The position numbers and the translations under genes are program-made. A stretch of DNA of 40,000 nucleotides from Veillonella sp. VA137 (lineage in GTDB: Bacteria; Bacillota; Negativicutes; Veillonellales; Veillonellaceae): contig NZ_RQVK01000005.1 of NCBI RefSeq assembly GCF_003992015.1, positions 24,093-64,092 on the forward strand. The letters run 5' to 3'. Every line of letters begins with the position of its first letter. Within the stretch, counting starts at the first letter, position 1. A model generated the notes under the pieces. It was not told the DNA's origin, did not search any database, and saw only the letters and a program-made list of their open reading frames with translations. Below, one piece after another: positions 16,109 to 24,486 of the stretch.

Positions 16109-16300
16109 GTGACGGAAATAAAATGCATCAAACGGAAGTGCTTGCATAATGAGCAAGGCATTTGCACGGCTAAGACAATCGAATATGACGGGTTATGCCA
16201 AACCTATGCGACACCAGACTTTATGATGCGGACTAAAACGGCTCATGTATCAAAGCGCCATGGACGATATAAGCAACAAAAGGGGGAGGTATTGCGATGA
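16109..16300 (+). CDS. small Cys-rich protein (DUF1540-like)
   Basis: GTG start with SD aaaggcgg. Sequence CIKRKCLHNEQGICTAKTIEYDGLC. Confidence 0.55.
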   Translation: MTEIKCIKRKCLHNEQGICTAKTIEYDGLCQTYATPDFMMRTKTAHVSKRHGRYKQQKGEVLR

Positions 16301-17322
16301 ATATTGTGCAATTACCAATAGAAGAGTTAACACCATACGAGAATAATCCGAGGAACAACAAAAAGGCGATTAAATACGTTGCCAACAGTATTCATGACTT
16401 TGGATTCAAATCTCCAATTATCTTGGATGCCAATAAAGTCATCATATGTGGTCACACCAGGTATGAGGCGGCAAAAGTACTGGGTTACACTTATGTACCA
16501 TGTATTATTGCTAGTGACCTAACAGAATCACAGGTAAAAGCCTATAGGCTAGCAGATAACAAGGTGGCTGAAATGGCGAAGTGGGATTATGATTTGCTTT
16601 CATTCGAAATACAAGACCTATCATTTGATATGGAGGACTTTGGGTTCGATGTGGAGCGGTTGCTAACTCCAGCAGAAGAAAAAGAAAATGAACGTGAAAG
16701 AACGATGGATGCTTACAACTTACACGACTATGATAGCGGTAATGTTGAGGGATTCTATCAGATGCCAATCATCACTAGGACGTATGCTAAGCCTAGCGAG
16801 TTGATTGGCTTTAATTATGTCAAAACAAACAAAAAGAAAGAAGGGCAAGGCGTGCACTTCTTCATTGATGATTACCAATTTGAACGGATTTGGAATGATC
16901 CTGATAAATACGTGGATATGCTAATTCCTTATGAGTGCGTGCTTACACCTGACTTTAGTTTATATACTGAAATGCCAATGGCAATGAAAATATGGAATGT
17001 GTATCGCTCCAGGTTGATTGGTCAAATTCTCCAACAGAATGGGGCAAACGTGGTACCTACCCTTTCATGGTGCGAGCGTGATACGTTCGCATTCTGTTTT
17101 GATGGCATTGAACCAGGTGGCACAGTGGCAGTATCAACAATAGGGGTCAAACGAGCAGATGGTGCCTATCATATGTGGTCAGAGGGAATGGATGAAGCAA
17201 TACGTAAGTTAAAACCAGATCACATTATCGTATATGGTGGTGATATTGGCTACCAGTTTCCTTGCGAGGTTACATACATCAATAATGCGGTAACGGAAAG
17301 GATGAAGAACAATGGGAGGTAG
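16297..17322 (+). CDS. ParB-like nuclease N-terminal domain fused to DUF4417-like domain
   Basis: N-terminus IEELTPYENNPRNN..FGFKSPIILD..ICGHTRYEAAK. C-terminus GVHFFIDDYQFERIWNDPDKY..LTPDFSLY. Confidence 0.75.
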   Translation: MNIVQLPIEELTPYENNPRNNKKAIKYVANSIHDFGFKSPIILDANKVIICGHTRYEAAKVLGYTYVPCIIASDLTESQVKAYRLADNKVAEMAKWDYDLLSFEIQDLSFDMEDFGFDVERLLTPAEEKENERERTMDAYNLHDYDSGNVEGFYQMPIITRTYAKPSELIGFNYVKTNKKKEGQGVHFFIDDYQFERIWNDPDKYVDMLIPYECVLTPDFSLYTEMPMAMKIWNVYRSRLIGQILQQNGANVVPTLSWCERDTFAFCFDGIEPGGTVAVSTIGVKRADGAYHMWSEGMDEAIRKLKPDHIIVYGGDIGYQFPCEVTYINNAVTERMKNNGR

Positions 17323-17704
17323 AGGCGCTAGTGCTGGTATCAGTAAAAAGGGGAAACCATACGGTACAGAGCATTATACGGTATATCAATATGAGAATAT
17401 CAAGTTTATTAAGAATGCAGAAAATAACTCAAAAGTCCCTATGGAGACGATGACCCAAGGGCGTATCTATGCAATCATTAACAAACGCAATGAAGTTCAC
17501 TCTATTAGCTTTTATGATGAAAACAACAAGAGATATAAGCAAATAGATGTAAGAGGCTCAAAACATTCAATTGATGGAAAGAAAACAATACCGCATACAC
17601 ATCATGGATATGAGCACGACGAACGCGGAACGAAAGCGTTGACGAAAATAGAAAAACAAATAGTTGAAGATGTATTAAAAGTGTGGGATAATAGGCACAA
17701 ATAG
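17312..17704 (+). CDS. hypothetical protein starting MGGRGAS, His-rich motif HTHHGYEHDERG
   Basis: Clean ORF overlapping the previous stop. The N-terminal heptapeptide is shared with 17910-18512. Confidence 0.6.
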   Translation: MGGRGASAGISKKGKPYGTEHYTVYQYENIKFIKNAENNSKVPMETMTQGRIYAIINKRNEVHSISFYDENNKRYKQIDVRGSKHSIDGKKTIPHTHHGYEHDERGTKALTKIEKQIVEDVLKVWDNRHK

Positions 17705-17853
17705 ATTGACTAGTAGTTTAATGGCAGCAGAACGCGGGCCTTTACAAGAAAACTGAACTAGAGGGGTTCTCTAGGCTTGTTTAAGTTTCTAGGGCGCTGT
17801 ATAGCAGGTAAAACGTCCGAAGCGTGTGGTTCGACTCCCACCTAGTCAATCTA
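17702..17853 (+). ncRNA. tRNA-like structured RNA with 12-bp closing helix and a roughly 75-nt branched insertion replacing the anticodon loop
   Basis: tagattgactag (17702-17713) is the reverse complement of ctagtcaatcta (17842-17853). U8-A9. D-arm gttt/gaac with loop AATGGCAGCA (A14, GG, A21). Stem cgggc (17735-17739) pairs with gtccg (17815-17819). T-arm gtg(t)gg TTCGACT cccac (17824-17841). Followed by a terminator. No canonical 7-nt anticodon loop. Confidence 0.6.
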
Positions 17854-17860
17854 TTTTTTT

Positions 17861-17887
17861 GCATCCTATAAATAGGGTGCTTTTTTT
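17861..17887 (+). terminator. rho-independent terminator after the tRNA-like RNA
   Basis: gcatccta..tagggtgc hairpin (17861-17880) followed by ttttttt. Confidence 0.75.
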
Positions 17888-17909
17888 ATGCCCGAAATGA
17901 GGTGAAAAC

Positions 17910-18512
17910 TTGGGCGGACGTGGTGCTAGTTATGGGGCGAAAAGTAGTGTTTTTTACAAAAAGAAAAACGGAAGAATTCTTGAACTTGCAGATGCTAATG
18001 AATCAAATTTTAAAAAGTTTGGGGTAAATGCTAAAGAGTTTCAAGGACTAAAAACGATGGTTAGAGATTTGGGAGGAGCATGGAGAGGCGATAATAACGA
18101 TAAAAGTGTGTTCATGTTTGGCGGTAATTCAATAAGCCGGTCAACAGCTAATCGTATTTTAAAATCTGGTAAATATGTAAATGAAGAACAACGCAGAAAA
18201 AATAACGAATTAAAGTTTAGACTTCAAGAAAAATTAAGCGGCAGAAGTTCCTCATATATCACTGCAAAAGATACTTCTACGGCTGGTAAAGCTGGCAGAA
18301 GTAAAATTTCTAAAGCTAAACGAGAATTTAGTTTATCTACTGCACATGGTGTGGCGGTATCAGATATAAAGCGAGTTAAAAGTGATATTGCATTTAATAA
18401 GAGGTTTATAGGTAAAGGAGCTACAAAAGAACAGTTAAAAGAAGTTTCTAAACTTGAAAGAAAAATTAAAAGTATAGAACGTGAAGCGAAAAAGTATAGC
18501 ATTAGCTTATAA
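17910..18512 (+). CDS. hypothetical basic protein starting (M)GGRGAS, TTG start
   Basis: TTG start with SD gaggtga upstream. 200 aa, Lys/Arg/Ser-rich. Shares its N-terminal motif with 17312-17704. Confidence 0.55.
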   Translation: MGGRGASYGAKSSVFYKKKNGRILELADANESNFKKFGVNAKEFQGLKTMVRDLGGAWRGDNNDKSVFMFGGNSISRSTANRILKSGKYVNEEQRRKNNELKFRLQEKLSGRSSSYITAKDTSTAGKAGRSKISKAKREFSLSTAHGVAVSDIKRVKSDIAFNKRFIGKGATKEQLKEVSKLERKIKSIEREAKKYSISL

Positions 18513-18527
18513 AGGAGGGGGTAACAG

Positions 18528-20111
18528 GTGGCCAATCCTAGAGGGCATCCTGAAACCCTCAAGAGTACAAACACTTTAGACAAGAAAACACACGCTGCAA
18601 TGTCTTCAAAAGGTGGCAAGAATTCTGGTGCCAAAAGACGTGAAATGAAGAAGTGGAAAGACCTTGCTAAGGAGATAATGGCAATGCCACTACAAAAGGG
18701 CAAGGTTAAGGATAAAATCACGTCATTAGCCGAGGCAAAAGGGCAGAATATAGACACTCAAACGGCGGTGTTGTTAGCCCAGGTTGTTAAGGCGACTAAA
18801 GGTGACACTAAAGCTGCAGAGTTCTTATACTCATTGTCACATGAAGAGGTGGAGCAAATCACGGAAGCGCCTATTGTGGTGCCAGATGATACGGATAAGA
18901 TTATTCCATTCTTTGATTCGGTTAGTGGTGACATCAAGCGCCACGGCCATACACATTACTGGTTTAAAGGCGGTCGTGGTAGTACTAAATCATCGTTTAT
19001 TAGCATGAAGATTCCACAGCTAATCATTAGTAACCCAGATGTGAATGTGGTTATCTTAAGGAAAGTGGCGAACACCCTCAAAAACTCTGTATATGCTCAA
19101 ATCGAGTGGTCGCTCGAACAATTGGAATTATTGCAAGAGTTCGAGTTCAAGAAGTCACCGCTTGAGATTATTTACAAGCGAACAGGGCAGAAGATTTTGT
19201 TCTTAGGTGCTGATGACCGTTCAAAAATCAAATCCTTGAAAATGCCATTCGGTTATGTCGGATGCGTATGGTACGAGGAATTAGACCAATTCAGTGGAAT
19301 GGATGAGATTCGCTCAATCAATCAGTCGCTACTGCGTGGCGGTGATAAATATTGGTGCTTTTACTCATTCAACCCACCAAAGAGCCGTGATAATTGGGTA
19401 AATGTGGAGCAATTGACGGATTACCCTGACAGGCTCATTAGTCATAGTAATTACACGATGGTTCCAAGCGATTGGCTAGGCGATCAATTCATAATTGAAG
19501 CGGAAAAGCTGAAAGAACAAAGACCCGACCTATACGAGCATGAGTACATGGGGATTGCCACAGGGACAGGCGGTGACGTATTCGCCAACGTAGAGGAAAT
19601 GACCATAACCGATGAAATGATAGAGAACTTTGACAATAACTATCACGGAATCGACTTTGGTTTTGCGCAAGACCCGTTTGTATATGTCAAATTACACTAT
19701 GACATCAAGCATGATTGTATTTACATTTATGATGAAGTGTATAGTACAAGGCTCAAAAACTCGATGGCATACGAGAAAATCAAAGATAAAGTAGGCACGA
19801 GTGTAGTATGGGCTGATAGTGCTGAACCAAAATCTATAGCAGAGCTTGCTGATATGGGCTTGCGTATCTATGGAGTTAAGAAAGGCCCAGATAGCCGTGA
19901 ATTCAGTATAAAATGGCTATCCGACCGTTACAAGATTTACATTGACAAACAAAGATGTCCGAACGCATACCGTGAATTCACGATGTACGAATACGACCAG
20001 GATAAGCACGGCAATTTCATTAGTGCCTATCCTAAGCGCAATGACCATACGATTGATGCAGTGCGGTATTCGTTGCGTAGCGAAATGGATGCGAATAAAT
20101 TTAGTTGGTAG
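18528..20111 (+). CDS. terL: terminase large subunit (PBSX/XtmB type) with a TerS-like N-terminal extension of about 100 aa
   Basis: YWFKGGRGSTKSSFIS (Walker A region), LFLGADD, WYEELDQF. GTG start after aaaggaggggg. The N-terminus NPRGHPETL..KGGKNSGAKRRE resembles small-terminase N-termini. No separate TerS was recognised. Confidence 0.85.
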   Translation: MANPRGHPETLKSTNTLDKKTHAAMSSKGGKNSGAKRREMKKWKDLAKEIMAMPLQKGKVKDKITSLAEAKGQNIDTQTAVLLAQVVKATKGDTKAAEFLYSLSHEEVEQITEAPIVVPDDTDKIIPFFDSVSGDIKRHGHTHYWFKGGRGSTKSSFISMKIPQLIISNPDVNVVILRKVANTLKNSVYAQIEWSLEQLELLQEFEFKKSPLEIIYKRTGQKILFLGADDRSKIKSLKMPFGYVGCVWYEELDQFSGMDEIRSINQSLLRGGDKYWCFYSFNPPKSRDNWVNVEQLTDYPDRLISHSNYTMVPSDWLGDQFIIEAEKLKEQRPDLYEHEYMGIATGTGGDVFANVEEMTITDEMIENFDNNYHGIDFGFAQDPFVYVKLHYDIKHDCIYIYDEVYSTRLKNSMAYEKIKDKVGTSVVWADSAEPKSIAELADMGLRIYGVKKGPDSREFSIKWLSDRYKIYIDKQRCPNAYREFTMYEYDQDKHGNFISAYPKRNDHTIDAVRYSLRSEMDANKFSW

Positions 20112-20122
20112 GAGGTGATAGA

Positions 20123-21562
20123 GTGGACTTAGGACAATTATGGAGTGCCATTATTCGTGGTGGCGCAGGTATTAGCGACAAAGAATTTGTAAGGCGTGAA
20201 ATGCAGAAGTTCTTAAGTTCTAAGGAACGAAAGAATATCCTTACTGGTCGCAAATATTACGAAGGTGATCACGATATTAAACAGAAGAAGCGAACGATGA
20301 GCATCGAAAACTCAACCGTTGTACAGGATGCAAGCAATGAAATACCGCTCAACCTACCGAATAATCAGTTGGTAGACAACAAGTTTGACGACTTAGTAGA
20401 TCAAAAAGTCAATTACTTATTTGGGAATCCATTAGAGGTCAAGACAGATGATGCGGTGCTGACTGAATTATTAGGCAAGGAGTTTCACAGGCAATTATTA
20501 AACGTAGCAAAGGATGCCTATATAGGTGGTAAAGGGTATTTACACCCTTACATTGCAGAAAACGGTGACCTAATATTTAGGCGCATGAAACCTGAGAATG
20601 TCATACCGTATTGGCATGATGAAGAGCATAGTAAACTTGATGCATTTATTTACTTTTACGATATGGACCAATACCACCTATTAGAAAAGACAAATACAGT
20701 ACAGTATGTGGAGTTTTACAAGCCAGACGGTGTAAGCTATTACATCTATGATAACGGTAGCCTAAGAGTCAATGCAGATAAGGAAAAGTCAAGTTACATT
20801 CAGTACGAAGGCAAAGTATACAATTGGCCTTCCGTTCCGTTATTGGTATTCAAGGCAAATTCCATCGAACAACCATTGATTAATCGAGTAAAGAGTTTAC
20901 AAGATGCATTAAATGAAATGTACTCGATGTTCCTTGATAGGTTGCAAGAAGACCCTAGGGAAACTTTGATAGTGTTACGGAACTATGACGGCACAGACCT
21001 AGCAGAATTTAGGCGAATGCTTGCTAAGTATGGAGCGGTAAAAGTCAGAGATGATGGCGGTATTGATACGTTAACTATTGAAGTTAACGCAGGCAATTAT
21101 GATTTCATCACCCAAGCACTAAAACGTTCTATCATTGAGAATGGTCGAGGTTTTGACGCCAAGGATGACCGCATGGCCAACAATCCTAATCAGATGAATA
21201 TTTCATCTATGTACAGTGACATCGACCTTGACGCCAATCAAATCGAGGTAGAATTCCAAGCCACATTGGAGCAATTAGTGGAATTCTATCACGCCTACCG
21301 TGGATTAAGTAATGCAACAGCCCCTAAGGATGTAGAGTTTATCTTCAACCGAATGACCCCAGTTAATGAGGGGGAGGTAATCAACAACTGTAAGGCAAGC
21401 ATTGGCATTCTATCCAATGAAACCATCGTGGCTAACCATCCATGGACGGCTAACACGGCGGAGGAACTAGAGCGGTTGCAGCAAGAACGATTACAGATGA
21501 TGCAAGAGATGGCGTTACAGGATTACATAACAGGCGGTGATGACGATCAACCAGAAGAATAA
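20123..21562 (+). CDS. portal protein, SPP1 gp6 type
   Basis: GRKYYEGDHDI.. motif, size and position after the terminase. GTG 20123 has AGGAGG 7 nt upstream. The ORF track starts at 20105. Confidence 0.85.
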   Translation: MDLGQLWSAIIRGGAGISDKEFVRREMQKFLSSKERKNILTGRKYYEGDHDIKQKKRTMSIENSTVVQDASNEIPLNLPNNQLVDNKFDDLVDQKVNYLFGNPLEVKTDDAVLTELLGKEFHRQLLNVAKDAYIGGKGYLHPYIAENGDLIFRRMKPENVIPYWHDEEHSKLDAFIYFYDMDQYHLLEKTNTVQYVEFYKPDGVSYYIYDNGSLRVNADKEKSSYIQYEGKVYNWPSVPLLVFKANSIEQPLINRVKSLQDALNEMYSMFLDRLQEDPRETLIVLRNYDGTDLAEFRRMLAKYGAVKVRDDGGIDTLTIEVNAGNYDFITQALKRSIIENGRGFDAKDDRMANNPNQMNISSMYSDIDLDANQIEVEFQATLEQLVEFYHAYRGLSNATAPKDVEFIFNRMTPVNEGEVINNCKASIGILSNETIVANHPWTANTAEELERLQQERLQMMQEMALQDYITGGDDDQPEE

Positions 21563-22592
21563 GGAATATTGGGCTAAGCGGTACGAGTTACTAAAAGATG
21601 AAGCTATGCAAGGCGCTGAAATGACGGTTGATGAACTATCATCTAACTTTGATAGAGCGCTTAGGCGCTTAACGGTGGAAATAGAGGATTGGTACAAACG
21701 GTACGCCACAGAAAACGGTATCACCCTAGAAGAAGCAAGAAAACAGCTCAACAAAAGAGAGCTAGCTGACTTCAAGATAACACTTGAGGAATACATCGAG
21801 CAAGCCAAGCGAGAAGACTTATCCAAGGAGCACCAACGTATGCTTGAAAATGCATCGATACGTGCTAGATTGGATAGAACGCAAGCACTCTATATAAGCG
21901 TTGTGCATGAGATTGAGCGCCTATCCAAGGCAGAAGATGATAGCCTAAGCCAATTGCTTAGGGAGACTTACGAAACGACCACATATAAGACGGCTCACCT
22001 TACGCAAACGGTACTAGGTGAATATAACATCGTGCCTAAGGTATCTGACAACGTTGTAGATGTGGTCATAAAGAAACCATGGGCACCAGACGGTAAAGAT
22101 TTTAGTGGTCGCATATGGGATGATCGTACAAAACTCGTTCAAAGCATTCAAAACGATTTCGTTCAATCAGTGCTAGCGGGTGACGGCATGGCAAAGATGA
22201 CGGAAAGCCTTGCTACACGGATGAAAGTTTCACAATCGAACGCAAGGCGACTAGTGGAAACTGAAACGGCTAGAATTTATGAAGAGGCATTCACTAATAA
22301 CATGAATGATATTGGAGTTGAAAAGCTAGAGATTCTAGCGACGTTAGACCGCAAGACCTCGAAGATATGTCAGCGCATGGATGGCAAGATAGTACCACTC
22401 AAGGATGTTAAGCCAGGTGTAACGATTCCGCCTTTCCATTGTCATTGCAGAACCACCACGATTCCCTATTTCGATGACCTGGAAATCAAAGGGGAAACGA
22501 GGGCAAGCCGTGGCGAAGGCGGTAAAGGTAAGAGCGAGCAAGTAGACGGCGAATTGAAGTACGATGAATGGTATTCAAAGTATGTGAAATGA
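21537..22592 (+). CDS. head morphogenesis protein, SPP1 gp7 / Mu F family
   Basis: ETETARIYEEAF.., LDRKTSKICQRMDGKIV..PPFHCHCRTT motif. Confidence 0.85.
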   Translation: MMTINQKNKEYWAKRYELLKDEAMQGAEMTVDELSSNFDRALRRLTVEIEDWYKRYATENGITLEEARKQLNKRELADFKITLEEYIEQAKREDLSKEHQRMLENASIRARLDRTQALYISVVHEIERLSKAEDDSLSQLLRETYETTTYKTAHLTQTVLGEYNIVPKVSDNVVDVVIKKPWAPDGKDFSGRIWDDRTKLVQSIQNDFVQSVLAGDGMAKMTESLATRMKVSQSNARRLVETETARIYEEAFTNNMNDIGVEKLEILATLDRKTSKICQRMDGKIVPLKDVKPGVTIPPFHCHCRTTTIPYFDDLEIKGETRASRGEGGKGKSEQVDGELKYDEWYSKYVK

Positions 22593-22602
22593 GGTGAACT
22601 AT

Positions 22603-22698
22603 ATGTGTGACTTCATCACAATTTTACAAATAATCCAAGCACTATGCGTGATATATCTTGGATTTGCACTGTATCACATTAACAAAAATAAAAAGTAA
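22603..22698 (+). CDS. possible 31-aa membrane peptide
   Basis: MCDFITILQIIQALCVIYLGFALYHINKNKK* with GAGGTGA upstream. Below the ORF-track cutoff. Confidence 0.35.
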   Translation: MCDFITILQIIQALCVIYLGFALYHINKNKK

Positions 22699-22700
22699 TA

Positions 22701-22730
22701 GCACTCTAGGCATTGCCTAAGGGTGCTTTT
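22701..22730 (+). terminator. hairpin plus T-run after the MuF gene
   Basis: gcactct(a)gg .. cc(a)agggtgc imperfect stem, followed by ttttatt. Confidence 0.55.
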
Positions 22731-22826
22731 ATTATGCCATTTTGGTATTGTTGGGCGAAAACTAACAAGCTCACGTAGAGTGGTGTTGCACTCGAAAATA
22801 AAGCGAAGTGGAAAGGAGTCATAGCA

Positions 22827-23438
22827 ATGACAAAAGAAGAATTAAAGGCTTTAGGGCTCGAAGAAGAGCAAATTGAAAAAGTAGTAGAGGATTACGGAAA
22901 GAACTACGTTACTAAAATTCAATTTAATCAAAAAAATGAGGAACTAAAGCAAGCCAAGGAATCATTAACTACGATGCAATCTGACATCGACGCATTGAAA
23001 AAGACCAATGCAGATAATGCAGAATTAGCTAAACAAATCGATGAAATGAAAGCCAACCAAACCAAACGAGAGGAAGAGTACACGGCTCAAATTCACAAGA
23101 TGGAGGTAGACGGCATCGTAGAACGTACACTAATGACTTTCAAGGCGAAAAATGGAAAAGCCGTTCGAGCTTTACTCGATTTAGAAGACGTAAAACTCAA
23201 AGACGGCACTATTAAGGGATTGGATGACCAACTGACTAAGTTGAAGGAATCTGATCCTTATTTATTTGAGTCCGAAAGTAAACCGACTGGAGTCACACCA
23301 GGTGAACCACATGGTGGCCAAGGCTCCACAGGAATTACTCAAGAACAGTTCAACAAAATGGGTTATTTAGAACGAGCAAAACTCAAAGAAGATGACCCAA
23401 ATACGTATTCAGAATTAACAAATGGAGGTAACGAATAA
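22827..23438 (+). CDS. capsid scaffolding protein (GP20-like)
   Basis: Coiled-coil protein MTKEELKALGLEEEQIEKVVEDYGKNYV... Lies directly before the capsid gene. Confidence 0.75.
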   Translation: MTKEELKALGLEEEQIEKVVEDYGKNYVTKIQFNQKNEELKQAKESLTTMQSDIDALKKTNADNAELAKQIDEMKANQTKREEEYTAQIHKMEVDGIVERTLMTFKAKNGKAVRALLDLEDVKLKDGTIKGLDDQLTKLKESDPYLFESESKPTGVTPGEPHGGQGSTGITQEQFNKMGYLERAKLKEDDPNTYSELTNGGNE

Positions 23439-24289
23439 TGCCACAAGGAACAACAAAATTAGAACAATTAATTAATCCAGAAGTTATGGCGGACATGATT
23501 TCCGCTAACTTACCTAAGGCGATTAAATTCGCAAATATTTTAGCGGTCGATACGAAACTTGAAGGACAACCTGGTAACACTGTAACAGTACCATCCTTTA
23601 AATACATCGGTTCCGCAAAAGACGTAGAAGAGGGCGCAGCAATTGACCTTGCTCAATTAACAACATCCGTCGAAAAATTCACTATTAAAAAAGCTGGTAT
23701 CGGAGTAAAAATCACGGATGAAGCAGTGTTATCTGGATACGGCGACCCAATTGGTGAAGCAGTTAAGCAATTAGGTATGTCAATTGCTGACAAAATTGAA
23801 GAGGATGTAATCGAAACCTTGAAATCAACAACATTAGCGGTAACATCCGCAAATCAAATCTCTTATGAGGGCATTGTGAATGGTGTTGACAAATTCGCAG
23901 AGGAATCTGACGTGCCTAAGGTGTTATTCATTCACCCTGAGCAATTGACACAAATTCGCAAGTCCACAGACTTTATCGACAAAAATAAATACGGCGGTGA
24001 CTTGATGATGACAGGCGCTATCGGTTCTATTTGTGGCGTTGAAGTTGTTGTATCTCGCCGAGTGCCAAAAGAGGGTGCTAACTTCACTAACTTCATGGTG
24101 CAAATGGCACCTAACAGCGGTGAGGGCACACCAACATTACCAGCAGCATCCTTGTACTTGAAACGAAACGTACAAGTAGAATCTGATCGTGACATTGTTG
24201 GCAAAATGACAGTCATCACAGCTGACGAACACTACGGTGTAGCATTGACTAACCCAGCACGTGTGTTAAAGATGACGTTTAAGGCCTAG
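23438..24289 (+). CDS. major capsid protein
   Basis: 283 aa. LINPEVMADMISANLPKAIKFANILAVDTKLEGQPGNTVTVPSFKYIGSAKDVEEG pattern. Position after the scaffold gene. Confidence 0.8.
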   Translation: MPQGTTKLEQLINPEVMADMISANLPKAIKFANILAVDTKLEGQPGNTVTVPSFKYIGSAKDVEEGAAIDLAQLTTSVEKFTIKKAGIGVKITDEAVLSGYGDPIGEAVKQLGMSIADKIEEDVIETLKSTTLAVTSANQISYEGIVNGVDKFAEESDVPKVLFIHPEQLTQIRKSTDFIDKNKYGGDLMMTGAIGSICGVEVVVSRRVPKEGANFTNFMVQMAPNSGEGTPTLPAASLYLKRNVQVESDRDIVGKMTVITADEHYGVALTNPARVLKMTFKA

Positions 24290-24300
24290 GAGGTTCACAT

Positions 24301-24486
24301 ATGGGAATGTTGTTACAACAATATTTACATCCTGAAAAAGAAGTGAATACAGTAGCAGAAGAAGGCGCAAGCGCTGATGTGGAAACTGTAGAGGTAGAAG
24401 AAACCGAGGATAAGCCAGAAGGCAAGAAGGCGGTGAAAGATGATGGAGACACAGCAGCAGAAGAAGGCGCAAGCGCTGATTCCTAA
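24301..24486 (+). CDS. small acidic protein with duplicated AEEGASAD motif
   Basis: SD taggagg upstream. Contains both copies of a 24-bp perfect direct repeat. Confidence 0.45.
   Translation: MGMLLQQYLHPEKEVNTVAEEGASADVETVEVEETEDKPEGKKAVKDDGDTAAEEGASADS
24355..24480 (+). repeat. 24-bp perfect direct repeat, two copies 102 bp apart
   Basis: gcagaagaaggcgcaagcgctgat occurs at 24355-24378 and 24457-24480. Confidence 0.9.

Noticed and set aside
17702-17853. Calling this a standard tRNA gene, or a suppressor tRNA read from the CTTTACA string.
   Set aside because: - The 5' and 3' anticodon-stem strands are separated by 75 nt, so there is no 7-nt anticodon loop.
- Position 37 would be C in the TTA reading.
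- The late genes show no in-frame stop codons that would need suppression.

It is therefore reported only as a tRNA-like ncRNA.
17702-17853. A retron msr/msd-like ncRNA, suggested by the 12-bp terminal inverted repeats.
   Set aside because: No reverse transcriptase gene lies anywhere in the window, and the interior has clear tRNA D-arm and T-arm signatures.
18224-18757. 177-aa minus-strand ORF.
   Set aside because: It is antisense to 17910-18512 and to the terminase start. It is a shadow ORF.
24355-24480. A CRISPR-like or minisatellite array.
   Set aside because: There are only two copies, they are inside coding sequence, and no cas genes are present. I saw no CRISPR array anywhere in the window.
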